Assembly (NCBI RefSeq): GCF_000150275.1
Contig: NW_002060943.1
Span: 11,160,878-11,224,877, forward strand
Direction: 5' to 3'
Origin: Trichoplax adhaerens
Lineage: Eukaryota > Animalia > Placozoa
DNA length: 64,000 nt
This document shows, piece by piece, positions 26,712-41,130 of the stretch. The notes below the pieces were generated by a model that worked only from the letters and a program-made list of their open reading frames with translations, had not been told where the DNA came from and ran no database searches. The position numbers and the translations under genes are program-made. The first letter of the stretch is position 1; every line of letters starts with the position of its first letter.

Positions 26712-28439
26712 TTAAACTTTTAAATTATAAACGTTTACTTTAGGAAGTATTTTCTTTATTGTCGTTGTTAACTGCGTACCTGGACCAAATTCGTACCAAT
26801 GATCACATTTAAATTTATCATATATTGATTTTATGCTCTGCTCCCACAAAACGGGCTTCGTAACTTGTTCTTGTAGTAAACTTATAATTTCAGATACTGA
26901 TCGATACTCACCTGCAGTCACATTTGAATAGACCTACCATAAGACGAAATGACATTAGCTCACGGGTTAGTTTATTGACGATGGGATAATAAAGTCTATG
27001 CAAACGTTAAATTAGATCAGCAATTGCCACTAACATCGTATATAGGCATAGTAATCTCGACATTTTGCAGGGCTTCCTTAAGACTAGACTGAACCTCTGA
27101 CATAGCGGGCGTATGAAAAGCACCACTGACCGGCAGCTGCCTTACCCTCTTGAAGCCAAGTTGGCGATAGTTATCTTTAATATGATGCAGTCCTCGGATG
27201 TCGCCAGCTAATACACAACAATCTGCAACAATTGTAAACCAATTATTTATTCAAGTTTGTACTTTGGTACGCTAGTCATCTATGTTTCGTTTAAATTATT
27301 AAAGCGTTTTCTTTTCGTCTGATTGCTAGTAATTCGAATGCTTATGCGACAAAACAATTATAATTGCAACATCTGTAGCTTTGGCTTACTATGAAATAAT
27401 ACATTGGCTACTTGCAAAATCCCGTCATCGCCCAAAATTTCCGAAGCAACTTTGTTACAAATTTGCTGATTCTGTTCTAAATCCAATCCTAAAGTTGTTA
27501 GCATGCCTGTCTTTCTACGATCTGACGCTCTTTGCATGCTCTCCGATCTATATTTTACGATCCTTATTGCTGTAATAGATTATAATATTAAGGTTATTCA
27601 TTGATAATTAGAGAGAGAGAGGTGTTCTAAGTGTGATTGATTAGTGCTTGTAAGAAACGTTCTTGGTGGCACAAATGCAAGCAAAAATATGTATACCCTA
27701 CCATCTTCGAAAGATATTGCTCCAGCAACAACTAAAGCTGAAAATTCACCGACACTAAATCCAGCAGCTGCATTGCATCCTTCAAGTAGCTATGTAATAA
27801 GAACATACAGACTTCATGAATAACGTACACTACCACGAATGGAACATATTACAATAATATTACAACGACTACGTGTATGTACGCGTATTGATTAAGCAAC
27901 GACTATTAATCCTGACTATAGCTACTGGAATGAAATTAATAGCAACTTCTAGAATTTACAGTAACTAAGAATATTCTAAATTAACTCATGATGTCCCTTA
28001 CTTTCCTACTTACTAAACTGATTAAAAATGCTTCAGTATGTGAAATAATATCACCTACAATAAGTTGTCAACATACTTCAGGTCTATCCTGACGTAGAAC
28101 TTCGTAGGCAGCCAAAGAAGCAACAACAACCGCTGGCTGGCAATAAATTGTACTGTCTAACATTGTTTTTGGGCCTTGGCTAGATAATTTCATAAGATCA
28201 TAACCTAATACTTCTGATGCACGACGATATAAATCCTTGACAACATTTCTATGGCCTATATCGGTTGCCATACCCACAAACTGGCTACCTTGACCAGGAA
28301 ACAAGACAGCCACGCCATTTCCATCCTTAACTTGCTTCAGGCAGCTAGTGCAAAACCCAATTGAGTTATTAAAATACACAGATCGTTGAAGTCGAGCTCT
28401 CCAAAGGAAACTACCGATTGAAATTTTCCTCATCATCAT
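26712..28439 (-). CDS. MCAT: Malonyl-CoA:ACP transacylase, mitochondrial (FabD family), 5 coding exons
   Basis: An Arg/Ser-rich presequence (MMMRKISIGSFLWRARLQRS) is followed by LFPGQGSQ, T..CQPAV, the catalytic AAGFSVGEFSAL, LPVSGAFHTP, VYSNVT, QVTKPVLWEQ and EFGPG. Exons are approximately 28077-28439, 27702-27789, 27390-27569, 27035-27222 and 26712-26933. Confidence 0.95.
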
Positions 28440-30396
28440 CGAAATATTGGAATGGAGTAAGTGTACTGTTATCTTCGCTCGCTTTCTCCCTACTTTGCTC
28501 TTCCTCTTGGCGTCTGGAGATGAGGAGCTGATCTGGCGTAAGTCAGACTTGTACTTGGACACTGCTCTATAGTGTATGATCATAGACTTGCATGGTATTA
28601 GTTTGTGCTCTATACTGAATCAAGTATAGTTATACAGTAATACAGTAACTGTATGTGTTGTCAAAATGTTACTACAATATTCATATGCAAACTGGCTGAA
28701 ATTTTAAAAAATTTACAGTTCATCTAAATTTTCTATTTCTGTATTTGGCCGACTATAAAAGCAATCATTATTGACTGTCACGAAATTATTATGCTGTATA
28801 ATTAACGGTGCTTATGTACGTGTAAATGTCCCTGAAATACACTGTACAGTGGAGTGAGTGTCGACTACTGTATACCAAGTGTTTGTGTAGTCAAGCAGGG
28901 ACTAATTTTAGTCCTAGAAGTAGCTATCCCAGGAGCTAGCAAAAAGATGGCAGAACTTTTTTTTAGCACCCTTGATCATAGGCAAGGACTACTAAAGAAA
29001 AGACCCTCTCTTATTTCTCCAGTAATTCTTGCTCATAGTATATCTATCTGTATAGTGTACCAAGGGCCACTAGAATGAGCCTTTGCTTCCAGTCGTCCTT
29101 GATTGTCCACATATGATAAAGGACAATCTTGGAATTCTGTGGAAGTAAATCCTCACTAAACTCGATCATAGCTCTATTATCCTCCTCAAATAAAATTCTA
29201 TATTGTACAATCTGTATACTCTCTATCCTGTAATAATATAGTATAGCTCATATGATTTAGCCTAGTGGCTAATACTACTAAAATTTCGGTACTGTAGATG
29301 TATTTATGAGCTTGATGTGAAATGCTTTGCATAATGCTAGCACAAAATAGAGGTTATACATTTCAAGCTTGGAAAAATTCAATTTATAGAACATTTAAAG
29401 ATTACATTATGTCATCTCACTTTAGTATAGCATTATTCACGTGCCATAGAGATACAGATATGAGTTGTATATCCATGATTTTATTTAACGGTAGCCAAGA
29501 TATGTACACTGTTTGAGCAAAATTGAATACTTGATGATAAATTGTTTATAGTTGTGCAACAGTACCTCAGCATTGATATCATTTGCATGTAGCAAGCAGT
29601 AAGTAAGCATCTAGGGCCTTGATATCAACGATTTTACATGATGCTATGTATAATACATATGCATTTTTTGTTGGATAAAATTGAATTCATTTAATATTTC
29701 ATAATTCTACAGTATTCATTGGCATAGTTTAGCCTTGTTTTATTTCTATTGTACAGCATTGAAGTAGTTGAAGGTGCTAGCCCCTACATATCAAAACTCT
29801 ATAGCAGATAGCAGACTATACCTATTTGTAGATGCAATGCATCTTAGATACAGTAAACTCAATTTGAACGACTTTACGAGGATGATCCTATTCCCAACTA
29901 TGATATATACACTTGCATTGGGTAAAAATTGAACTTATTGAATGTTTGATGGTCATGTTATGTTGTGCTATTTTAGCATTAATGTATTTGTATACATATA
30001 TGCTCTATATCATCGGCTCTTACATGATCCTGACCAAGATACAGGATACACTTCTACAGTTCTGCAAGTAAAACTCAATTTATTCGATATTTAACAAAGT
30101 GCTACTTTAGTACTGGATTATTTGCATACAGTACTTGTACTGTATATAGGCATATCAAGAAGTAGCTTAGTGATAAATTATTAGACTTTCCAATTAAGAT
30201 CGGCTACGATTGTTATTGTTTACGATCCTCGCGATGGAAATAAGTAAATAAGAAAATTTGCTAGTTTTCTAAATGTAAGTCCTGAATCTGGAGATGTACA
30301 ACATTGTATCCTATCTATTACTCAGTATAAACTCTAAATAAACGTTATTACTCAAATCCTTACTCGGACAAGATGCTTCGTTTACAAGGCATTCCA

Positions 30397-31270
30397 ATTT
30401 AAATGAACATTTAATGATTATTGTTATGTTCTAGTCGTTTAGGGTTTAGATTCTTTCTCGACGGCATGCATGCACGTATAAGCTGGATATGAACAGCATT
30501 TACTGTACATGACTACCAACCAAGATATGCTGTGTCATTTAACTTAGTAAGCATTTTATTTCATGATTGTATTATTACGTTCTTCTACCTTCGTCTTGTA
30601 GTATCTGTCTACAGTACAGGTCTATCCATATTCACGTAGAGACTCTACGATATCAAGGGCAAAATACTTTTACTGTATATCGTAATTTAACTTATTGAAC
30701 ATTTTAATGGCTATGATTAGCCTGTTGTAGTAAGGTCGACGTATAAGCTCGATATCAATGGCTTTGCATGATACCAGCCAATTCTCAATGCTGTAAATGC
30801 TCTATTTTACGAGTAGATAGAACTCATTTTAAGCGTACAATAAATATTAGGAAGACTGCCGGCAACACGGCGGGTTCTTTTCGTATTCTCTCTCGTATGC
30901 TGTCATTTAAGTTACTGAATTCTTCAATGGCTACTGTACTTGCTTAACTTGTACACCATGCCGTACAAGAGGGACTTTGTTGAATTATATTGTCTAATAG
31001 TGAATATTATACAGTTGTTGTAGTTTGATATTTCTCCTATACCATAAAATGGAACTTATTTAAGTTAATATTTTAATGACTATTATTACGTTATTCTACT
31101 TTAGTATTTCTCGTATGCAATTGTAGTCTTACTATATTTAACATTTTAATGACTATTACTACGTTGTTGTCCGTGAATATTATGTTATTTATTTCTCTAC
31201 AGTAGCAGTTTACACGTCGATCTATGCATATAGAAGCTCGATATCAATCGCTTTACATGATGCCATCCAA
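30397..31270. repeat. Decayed tandem repeat array (about 6 partial copies, irregular 90-200 bp spacing) between the MCAT and VARP starts
   Basis: Block A (..AACATTTTAATGACTATT(A)TTACGTT) recurs at about 30405, 30550, 30698, 30910, 31068 and 31140. Block B (CGTATAAGCTCGATATCAAT..TTTACATGA..CCA) recurs at about 30475, 30635, 30740 and 31230. An outlying block B copy is at about 29618. Confidence 0.6.
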
Positions 31271-31931
31271 ACTAGGTCTAGCCAAACTGAATTGAAGCAA
31301 CACATGATGATGATGATTAGGCATGTAGGCTAGCCGACTGCAATATTGTAGGATGACGATGCATTAAAATCGTTCATGATGCAATCTTCAACAGCACTAG
31401 GAATGAAGAAAAGCAAACCAATCGATCACGGGATTTGGCTCTTTTTTGTTGTTTCTTGTCTTGAATATTACATAATTCTTGAACTGCAATCTTCCATGGC
31501 TGCATTGCCTCTCTAGCAATGTCCATTGGACACTCGTGAACGATTATTTACATTAGTAATTATCCATATGGATAGTTTTCATACTTGTACTCTGTAGGAC
31601 ATGGTCTACAACCGGTGGAGTTTAGCTAATCAAGTGTCCGCCTTGCCAACGTCCTTTCCGAGTTGGAGCCCACTGTCAACGTACTGGTACAAGACTAATT
31701 TGGTCAAGACTTTGTACTAGATCGAGGGTCATTCCAAGACGACTTAGTGTAGGAGTCAGTGGCACTTCGTTTAGCCAATTTTCAAAGGAATGAAGAAAAT
31801 GTCGTTTAAATCAACATTGCTTGATTAAAATTTATGTTACTCCTAGAGCTCATCCATCTTCAATACGTTATCCACTGGAATCGTGAGAAAAGGAACAAAT
31901 GAAGGGATAAATCTACAAGACAACATTAACG

Positions 31932-34900
31932 ATGGTTCGATACGACGAAGATTTATTTGATAATCCATTCTATAAAGCCATTGCTGGCAAGCCGGAGTTG
32001 TTGATCAAAGCAGTAGCACAAGATTGGATCGTAAGTTTACAACTTTAAATCGTTTCTCCTTCAATTTCTTACCTGTTAATGACTTATTCAAATGCTAAGC
32101 TGTAATAATAAATGGATTATGCCATCTATATAGCGACAATATGCATGATTTCTAGTTACGATACAAGTTGTCTATCTAGACTGACATATTTCAACAGCAA
32201 TAGGACATTGAAAATGAACAACAACATGAGTCAATTTCATTGGATTATTGATTTATTTTACATGCTACTAAACTAGTCCAGCCTAAAGCGTTGATGTTAT
32301 TCAATAGAATGATGATGGCATTTCTCTCCTACATGAGATATGTAGGAGATTTAAATGGCTATCTTTCAATAGTTATTTCATGCAATAGCGTAAAGCTAAA
32401 TTGACCATGTTATTTCAACTTATTTTTTCCCTTCGTAGTAGAATTGCATCGAGGCAATCAAATCTTGTAATTATATTTACTAGTAGTGTTATCTTGGAGT
32501 TTACATCCATACTTGAAAAATGATAACCAAAATGGCCCGTGAAAATATATCACATTTTTGGCACTGAACAGTAACTTACAATCTGCTACTTTATGGTTTT
32601 CACACCATTAGATTAGTGATCTAAAAAGTCATGAAGGATACAACTGTAGTTGAGTGTGGACAGTACAGTATATGTCGATAAACAGTCAGAGATGACCTAA
32701 CAGAAACTGCTTTGACCCTGCTCAGTAATTTGCATCTGTAAGGCCATCAAGTTAACTTATAAATTCCTTGACTTGATCCTGTAGAAGAATTTATCCACCT
32801 ACTTGTTAGTAGGATTAATTGCTATTTCTAGATTGAACCAATAAAATGACGAAATGATCTGACAGAGAATTCCGGTCTTCAATTTCTCATTTGTTTTTAA
32901 ACGTGCAGTAGACGCATAGACCGTTACTTGTAAGAACGATTGTTGCTAATAATTCATTTTTTTTTACTTTAATCTTTAAAATAGTAAAAGGGGCTAAATT
33001 ACCGAAAAAGAGTCATATTCTTGGGGATAAATTTCTCACTAGTTATATACTAGTACTCATAAGGTCTTTTATGGCCAAGAACTACGGTAACTCTTTGACT
33101 TTTCAGACAGCATTAGCGGCAAACTTAGCTGACAATGATAGTCTTGTAAATCAATTTTTTACTGTGTACAGTTGAACAGTAAGGACTCTTATTGCAATCA
33201 ACTTTTGCAACTTCTTACTTTGGTCTTTCAAACAGTCAAAGCAAAAAATTAGCAGACAATTCCTGTCTTACTGATGAATTCCTTGTTTATCGTATACCAT
33301 GACTCGCAAAGGCTCTCGTTGTCAATAAATTAACTTTGACTACTCCATTTTTGGTTGATTATTCACCACCCTATCTCATGGACTCTGTCATATTGCTGGA
33401 TACTGCAGTATATTATGAGTGTATTTTCAAACATTCTTGTACCAGTGTTCAGCAGTTAACATAAAATCAAGACATGAAGGACTTGTACGCATCTTTTTCA
33501 ATGCTAGTGAGCTTTATTGACAAGCCAATGGCATAAAAGATGCAAACCCAACTACAGTAGAATTGAACCACTACTTCCGTTAACAACTATTTATATACTG
33601 TTAATTCCATTTATTATTGCCCTAAAATTTATAACATAATAAACAACTACCAGCGTAATACTGTATATGTTATACTGTATACTGAATTCTCTACCTTGTC
33701 AATATTTTTAAAGTGTGTACAACTTATTATTGGTTAATCTCATTAAATGATCATTATTCGTAGATCTGTGTACCACGTAAAGTAGTCGCTCAAAAACTCA
33801 CTGCTGATGCAATCCATTTCGAAAATCACGTTCTATGTCCTATGAATACTTCTAGTGGAATCTATAAGACTATGAGTAATAAGGTAATCATGTTATGATA
33901 GTAAATATCAATAAATGCAAATTTTGTAATTTTAAACTATGAATAATTCCATTATTAATTATTCAAATACATATTATCCAATTTTTTACTAATATCATCA
34001 TTAAGGAAAAATCATGTATAGGTAAAATTATGTAATAATTATCTTATGATTTTGCATCATTTCCATGTTGAAGTAACGCTCATAAAGTTTTTTCATAAAA
34101 TATAGCATGTACGGGACATTATAGTATTTCCATATATTTATTTCCATATAGTATTTCCATGTACTGGACATCTTTCTCCTACACTAATGATTATAACGAC
34201 ATTATCAAATGCGATAGTACTACCTTAATTAAGTTTTCTTTCTCTATCATTATCCCCATCAACTGGTCTTAATGTGGGACATTAGGAAATATGTTGCTGA
34301 TCCTAGTGTCTATTCAAAACTATAATTATCTCACTACTCGTATACGCTATTAGTCATCACTCCTTACAAAATATAATTATAGCATTAGACTATATTAAAG
34401 TGTATAGTTCATTGAGATTCAATCTTTTAAAGCATTTACATTTACGATTACTATATAGCATTATATATCTTTATACTTTGATGTGTAATGCTCTGAATAG
34501 ATTATCCAACAAACTTCAAATTCATTTTTAACTCCTGATTGCTTCTATATCTGACCATGTAGCCGCTTTGTATTATCTTTTAAAACGAAATATACACGAT
34601 CATTAACGACCTTTTTTCATGGCCTTCTTCCTTACCATTATACTTAGGTTGTTAAAATTGTTCATGATGTGGTACGGACGGAAAAAGGATTCAAGGAAGA
34701 TCGAAAGGTTATCTATTTGATTGAAAATAGTATTAACACGATTATTGATTTTTAAAAATTCGATCAAGGGATCGCCAAGACGGTATACCTTGTTCGTACG
34801 TTTACTTAAATTGAATATTCCTACATTTATAATAATTGCAATTTTAGGTTCAAATTTTATTCGAAGAAACTCACTACGATAGTAGTGAGAAAAGCTATAA

Positions 34901-37900
34901 AGTACTTTGCTTAGAGAAAGCTCTTGAAGGCGGAACGTGTAAGTTATTTCTTTAAAATTTAAGCATGACACAAACTAATATTTATTATTTACGCTAAATT
35001 TAACACTATCTTTACAATTAAGGATATCTTATAAGATTATTCTTGACAATATTCAAATTTTAATAATGTAGAAGTGTGTGTAATGTAATTTTGTGATATA
35101 TGCTGCTAAGTTATCTCAGCATCCTTTCAGGAGACTTACTCGGTCATTGATTTTGCTGTCCACTCCGTACTTATAAAATAATAGTTATATTCATTTTATG
35201 AAATCAAATTGTTCTTTAAGCTAATGAAGAACTTTGCCCTACTTTACAATCTTGTGATGAATGCAATCAGTTTCTTTGGAATGATCCAAGTAAGAGTATA
35301 TTTATTGAACTATTATTACGTAGCTAACTATAAATTATCAAAAGTAAACTGTAATACTATACTAAAATAAGTAGGTTCTGTTGATTTAATACCTAGCTAG
35401 ACGTCGAATAAAATGAAATTGGATTCTATTTTCTATTACTGAAGTTGTGTATTTGTTTATGATGCAGATAGTAGAAAATGTAAAGGGCTTATAGACGCTT
35501 TACTAGATAAATTTACAACAGAGTTAGATTCTAAACATGACAAACCTTTGAGAGTCCTTGTGGTAAGATCGTTATCTCGTAGAATAGATTAATTTAATGA
35601 AATGTAGTGAAATAACAATCTGTATAGTATCTAATTGTATATTCACCATTGTATAGGACTCTATTAGCACTATTTTTACGAAATCTGTACAAATTATAAT
35701 GAAAGATACGCTATTGCCACTGGTATGATGAAATCCTCAATATTTATGATGTTCAATACTAAATTTTTATGTAAAACCCTACGTAATGTTTTCATCACAT
35801 ACAGAGAAAATTAGCTAATGAAGACTTAATTATTATGGCAAATTTAAAGTTGGCTTTAGAGGTAAATCTACTTATGAAATCTATTATCTCATCTACGGCA
35901 GTAGTTTGTAACACTTGAATTTCAGGCTTTATACGTATTACCAGAGTAACCTAACTATAAAGCTGAATCTGTTTTCTAAATCATTTTCTGCAAAACTAAC
36001 GTTGTACTATCATCTACTTTATTTTTATTAGACCTATATTTTAGATTTTCTATTCGATAAAATCTTTAAATTTATTTGCTGTTCGACAGAAATTGAGGTA
36101 AAAAATTTTTAATCAACCCTCTTCTTAGTCATATTTTAACAAAAATGAATCCTCTTACATAACAGGATGTAAATTTTAATAAGCTAACAAGAAACTTAGG
36201 AAGCTTACCACTGAACGAAATTGGATTATCTCCTTCCATTCTGTTAGTTGATAATAAAAATTGTATTACTTGATCGTAGCCATTTTGTTCTACAACTTAT
36301 TTTGTTAACGTAATTGGCCCTATTTATGCAAAGAAAGAGTAATATAGCCTCGGCTACTACATTATTGCAAATTTTCTTGCTGTTATCTTTACTCACAGTT
36401 AATTTGTTATTACACCTTTTATAGTGCTATGACTGGTGAAGCATTACTACAAATAAATCTTATTAATAAAGTATGGCTTTATAATTTAAGAATCAAATTT
36501 TCTACTTACAGTGACAGGTGCTTACTAGTAAATCACTGCTGACATTACTTTTTATTGATGATATTAGTGTCGCACACCGTTAGAAAAAATGTATTGCTTA
36601 CATAAAACCCTCCAAGCTATTACAACTGCAGCTGGCAGCAATCGAGGTTTCGACATATTTACGTATTAGCTAAATATCTTGTGACTTAGTAATATTAATT
36701 ACTACTCTCTTTTATACTTTAGCGTTAACCACTGACGATTTGCTTCCTATCCTTGTAGCAGTTATGCTGAAGGCTGAAATACCGAATTGGTAATTTTGTA
36801 ATATTCCAGCTGTAAGCTGGGAGACCCTGCTAATTAGTAATAACTAATCAACATAAATTTATATCCATAGGATTGCCACTATCATTTATATTAAAAATTT
36901 TCACTTTTCAAATGCTATGGCAGTGGCTGACGAATTTGCGTAAGAAATAAAAATTATATGTATTCTTTTTACATTGTTATTGTATATTGAACAATTAATA
37001 GCGATATTGTTATTTAAGATCAAATATAATGCAATTGCCAAAGATTAGCAGTTGAGTTACCAATTGCATCTTATTTTTGGACAAACAGATTTTGCGTAAC
37101 ATCTATTGAGGCAGCTATGGAACATATCCAAGGAGAATCTATCCGGACCAATCCTACCTGCAGTAATAATCTTGTACGTAACTATATCGCTTTCCGCTTG
37201 AATTATTGCTTGTATTCGATAATTTAATTATACGATTAATAAAACCGAAAAGGAGCCACCGAAACTAACTAGACTAAATTCAGATAGCAAGAGAGCTTTT
37301 GCAACCGATGAGGCACTCTTCGAGGTACGGATCAGTTTATTGCTAGTTGTCAAACTTGCTAAAGCAAATACTGTATTTAATTATATAATCCCTTCAAAAT
37401 TATATAAAAAAGACTGTCCAATGTGGAGATACAAGTAAAGTTAAAACTTTACTGGAAGGTCCTACAAGTTGGAATATACTAGTAGATAAAATGTGTCACC
37501 CACTATGTCAGTGTCCAAAATGTGAAGAGCTACAGAAAAGGTACATTAGACTAAAACACAATGACCACTAAAATTAGAAAGCAAGTAATAATATACGACT
37601 AGAGGCACTAAAAAATTTTTTATTATTAAGTTATGATTCAGATCCGTTAGCTGCTACAGTTCACTCACGGGATGATCGTGGTAATACTGTGTTGCACGTA
37701 GCATCGGAGAATGGTTAGTATTTTTGGTATTGATTGTCTTTGTTACATTATTCATACAATCAAAGAAATATTATCCAAGAAAGTTGTATCTTTCAATTAT
37801 GCATTGCTACTTCTTTCGGATAGGTCACGAGGACATGGTAGATCTGCTACTTAGTTTTGGAGCTGAAATTGATTGCACCAATAATAGTGGTTGTACACCA

Positions 37901-40308
37901 CTTCATTTAGCGTGCAAAAGGGATTTTCCGAAGATAGTTGTAAATATTCGATAATGTTGATGAAATTTATAATGATATTGAAATCAAAAGTTTATTGATG
38001 AAGTTACTTGTTTATGTTCAGAGGCTTTTATGTGAGAAGGGTGCTAGCATGAATGCTGTTGACAACGATGATTTTACTGCATTACATTTTTGTGCCGAAA
38101 ATGGCCACGAAGAGGTTAACTTCAGCGTAATACTTACATATACAGTAGTATGCCCTTGAGATCTTACTAGATACACAAGAAAGCGCCTGACATTCAGCAG
38201 CTTTCTAAATGTCTTGTAATTAATGACTCAAATTTAATAAATGTAACCTAACAAGTGATTTATATTAGACCGCAAAGGTACTTCTTTTCAACGAATTTAA
38301 TGGAAAGCGTGCCTCAATTAATACTTCAGATATTAATGGCAATACTCCCTTACATATCGCAGCTAAATGGGGCTATGGTATCTATTTTATATTTTTCAAA
38401 CATTACATGCTTCGTTTAATGAATCTCAAGTATTTTTAACCGTAATGTACTATACAATTTATCTCTAAATCTTTATACACAATTTATAGCAAACTTAGTT
38501 GAACTATTTGTTGAGAATGGAGCTTCTATTGAAGCCAGAAATAATAATATGGAAACAGCATTGGACTGCTCTAATCTATCCAAAGTATTCTTTTATCATA
38601 TTATTACTACACATGTTGACCTATTAAAGTGATGGATACATGTAAATTCTATTTTAGATTTCCCAGATTATTTCATTAGCAAGATTTGCTCGTAAAAGCT
38701 CTAAAGATGTAAGAGTTTTGCTGTTATGATAGTAAATCTTATTATATTGAGATCCTTCCAATAGGTCTAAGTGAATGTAACGATCTCCTCCACTTCATAG
38801 GATGTATACAGGTCTTTAGCATCTTCAAATGTAGCATCTGCAATGCCTAGCGTATCTAGCAAGCAAGATTCAGATGATCGTCGTGCTAAACAGGTTTGAT
38901 ACATAGATATACTCTAATTTAAATCCTATTACTACACGTAACAACATTTTTATATTATAGATCAAGCAACTCTTCATGGCTATTGCTGATGACGATATTG
39001 AAATGGTAATTACCAATATTCGTCATACTATATATGCATATATAAATTTAGATTAAGATGTTATCTATCTTTAGGTGCGCTTTATTTTCGGTTGGAGTTC
39101 TAATACTCCACAGAAAGAAGTCGTAGATAAAAAGAAAGCATGTCATCCACTATGTCAGTGTTCAGAATGTAGTCAAAATAACGTAAGCATGATAGCATAA
39201 CTTGGAAATATAACCTGTATCAACAATGAATCTACCTTAGAATATCGTTACTACTACTGTACTAGTAGAAGTTTTATGTTCTTTTTTTTCATCCAATCTT
39301 TTAGAAATCTAGTAGTGATCGGTCTGTTCTTACAACTACTTCCACCGATGTTAAAGGTTATACGTCTTTGCATATGGCTGCAATTTATGGAAAATCTGAA
39401 ATTGCTGCTATACTTCTGCGAGAAGGGGGTGCAAATTGTAATGTTAAAACTAAGGTTGAGCTTTTAACTCCCTTGCATCTTGCATGCCAATGGAATCACG
39501 TTAATGTAGGTTTCATGTTTCTAATTGGTTTTACAGAAATAAATAAGGACTATTCTGGATACTGTACTATACTTTACCAGAATTACACTTATTCTCTTTC
39601 TTTCGGTATCTAGGCAATATCGATCTTATTAGAGCATCAAGCTAGGATAAATGCTAAGAATGTACAAGGGAATACCCCTCTGCACCTTTGCAGTGCAAAT
39701 GGTCACATCGATGCTTCATTAATTCTTTTAAGCGTGAGTAAAGTTATTGGATACGTACTGAAAAACGTATCAGCTAAACAAATGCTAAATTAACCACCAA
39801 AACGTTTTTCTATTTCAATCCAGCATGATGCCTATGTTAATGTCAAGAATTATCAAGGAGATACACCATTACACCTCGCCTCTCGGTACTGGTGATATAG
39901 TCCTTGTATATTTATAACCCTGAGATTTACGTCTAGCTAGTAGAAACTGATTCTTATTATTCGCTAAATGAAGGTGGAATCACGCGGCATTGGCAAATCT
40001 GCTGCTTGATTACGGCGCATCACCTACTATAAAAAACAACATGCAGCTAACACCTTTGCAATGTGCTAAGGTATAGTTTAATATACTTACACTTAATTGT
40101 ACTCGTTATTCGTACACAACATAGTCGATATTTTAAAGATTTTGAAATCTAAAGATATACACTGAATGTTGCTGTAACAGAAATTGCATTTGTATGCCTC
40201 TTATTGTAGGATAATGAAGTACTACAATCACTAACAAAGGCTAAACCCAAGGAAGTAAACGGAAACGTAGATCGCTTAAAAATTATTGACAGCACTCCAG
40301 ACGGATAA
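31932..40308 (+). CDS. ANKRD27: Ankyrin repeat domain-containing protein 27 (VARP; VPS9 domain, two ankyrin arrays, two CHPLCxCxxC Zn motifs), more than 25 exons
   Basis: The first exon (31932-32030) reads MVRYDEDLFDNPFYKAI, and the second (33764-33883) starts ICVP. Later exons give VQILFEETHY, the VPS9 core TPLEKMYCL..LTTDDLLPILVAVMLKAEIPNW..CVTSIEAAMEHI, MCHPLCQCPKC (37491-37523), ankyrin repeats (GCTPLHLAC, GNTPLHIAAKWGY), AIADDDIEM/VRF, ACHPLCQCSEC (39138-39170) and a second ankyrin array. The last exon (40210-40308) ends in TAA. Confidence 0.96.
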
Positions 40309-41130
40309 ATTTTATCCCTTGTAGCAAAATGTAAGACTAAAATAATTACAATTAATCACCAAGACAATTGTAACCTAAAGCTTTAAAAGATAAACATTAC
40401 AATAGATTGAATACAATAGTGAAATTCTCGCTAATTCAATGATGATAAAGTTTAATATGATAAGTACTGCATTGTCCTTAATGAATATTGCATCGTAAAA
40501 TCACATTTTGTGACGAAATCTATAATACTACATGTCTGTATACATGATGAAAATATTTTGCGTAGATACGATTATATTATTAGCTATAAGCTATAATGTA
40601 AAAAACTCACAAGTTTTTTATACTCAAAGGTATTTTGAAATAGCGTACTGTCCGAACTTAGCTCAGTTAAACGACTAAACTTTCACTTTATGTACTTATG
40701 ATTCTGCTTAAATTTTACTGTATGTAATAAGCAGTATATCATCGTTTACCGGTATTTGAGCTAGAATACTTGCAGTAATATTGAGTTTCCACAAACTACC
40801 TTTAGTTGAAATCAATAAAATTTTAAACCAACAATTCTATCAACTGAATATATCAAGTTTAGCAATTGCGATGAGAGCATACATGTACAATGATTTGGTT
40901 TCAATTTGAACATATTTATTAACTTTCCATTGCATTATATCACCGTGATATCGATACCAAAATTGTAAAATCATAACATTTAATGCTATAAAATGGTTAA
41001 CAGGATACGATACCCAGTTGATTTCTAGCTCATATTCATCATTCTAATAAATTCGATTGCATAATTTAAAATTTATCTTTGAGCAATATCTACTGTACAA
41101 TGTCTGTGTTTACTGATACCACCCGTCCAT

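Noticed and set aside
28440-28583. 48-codon N-terminal extension of MCAT in the ORF track
   Set aside because: The MMMRKIS… start gives a typical mitochondrial presequence. The upstream part has no recognisable homology and probably lies in the 5' UTR or promoter, although I cannot exclude it.
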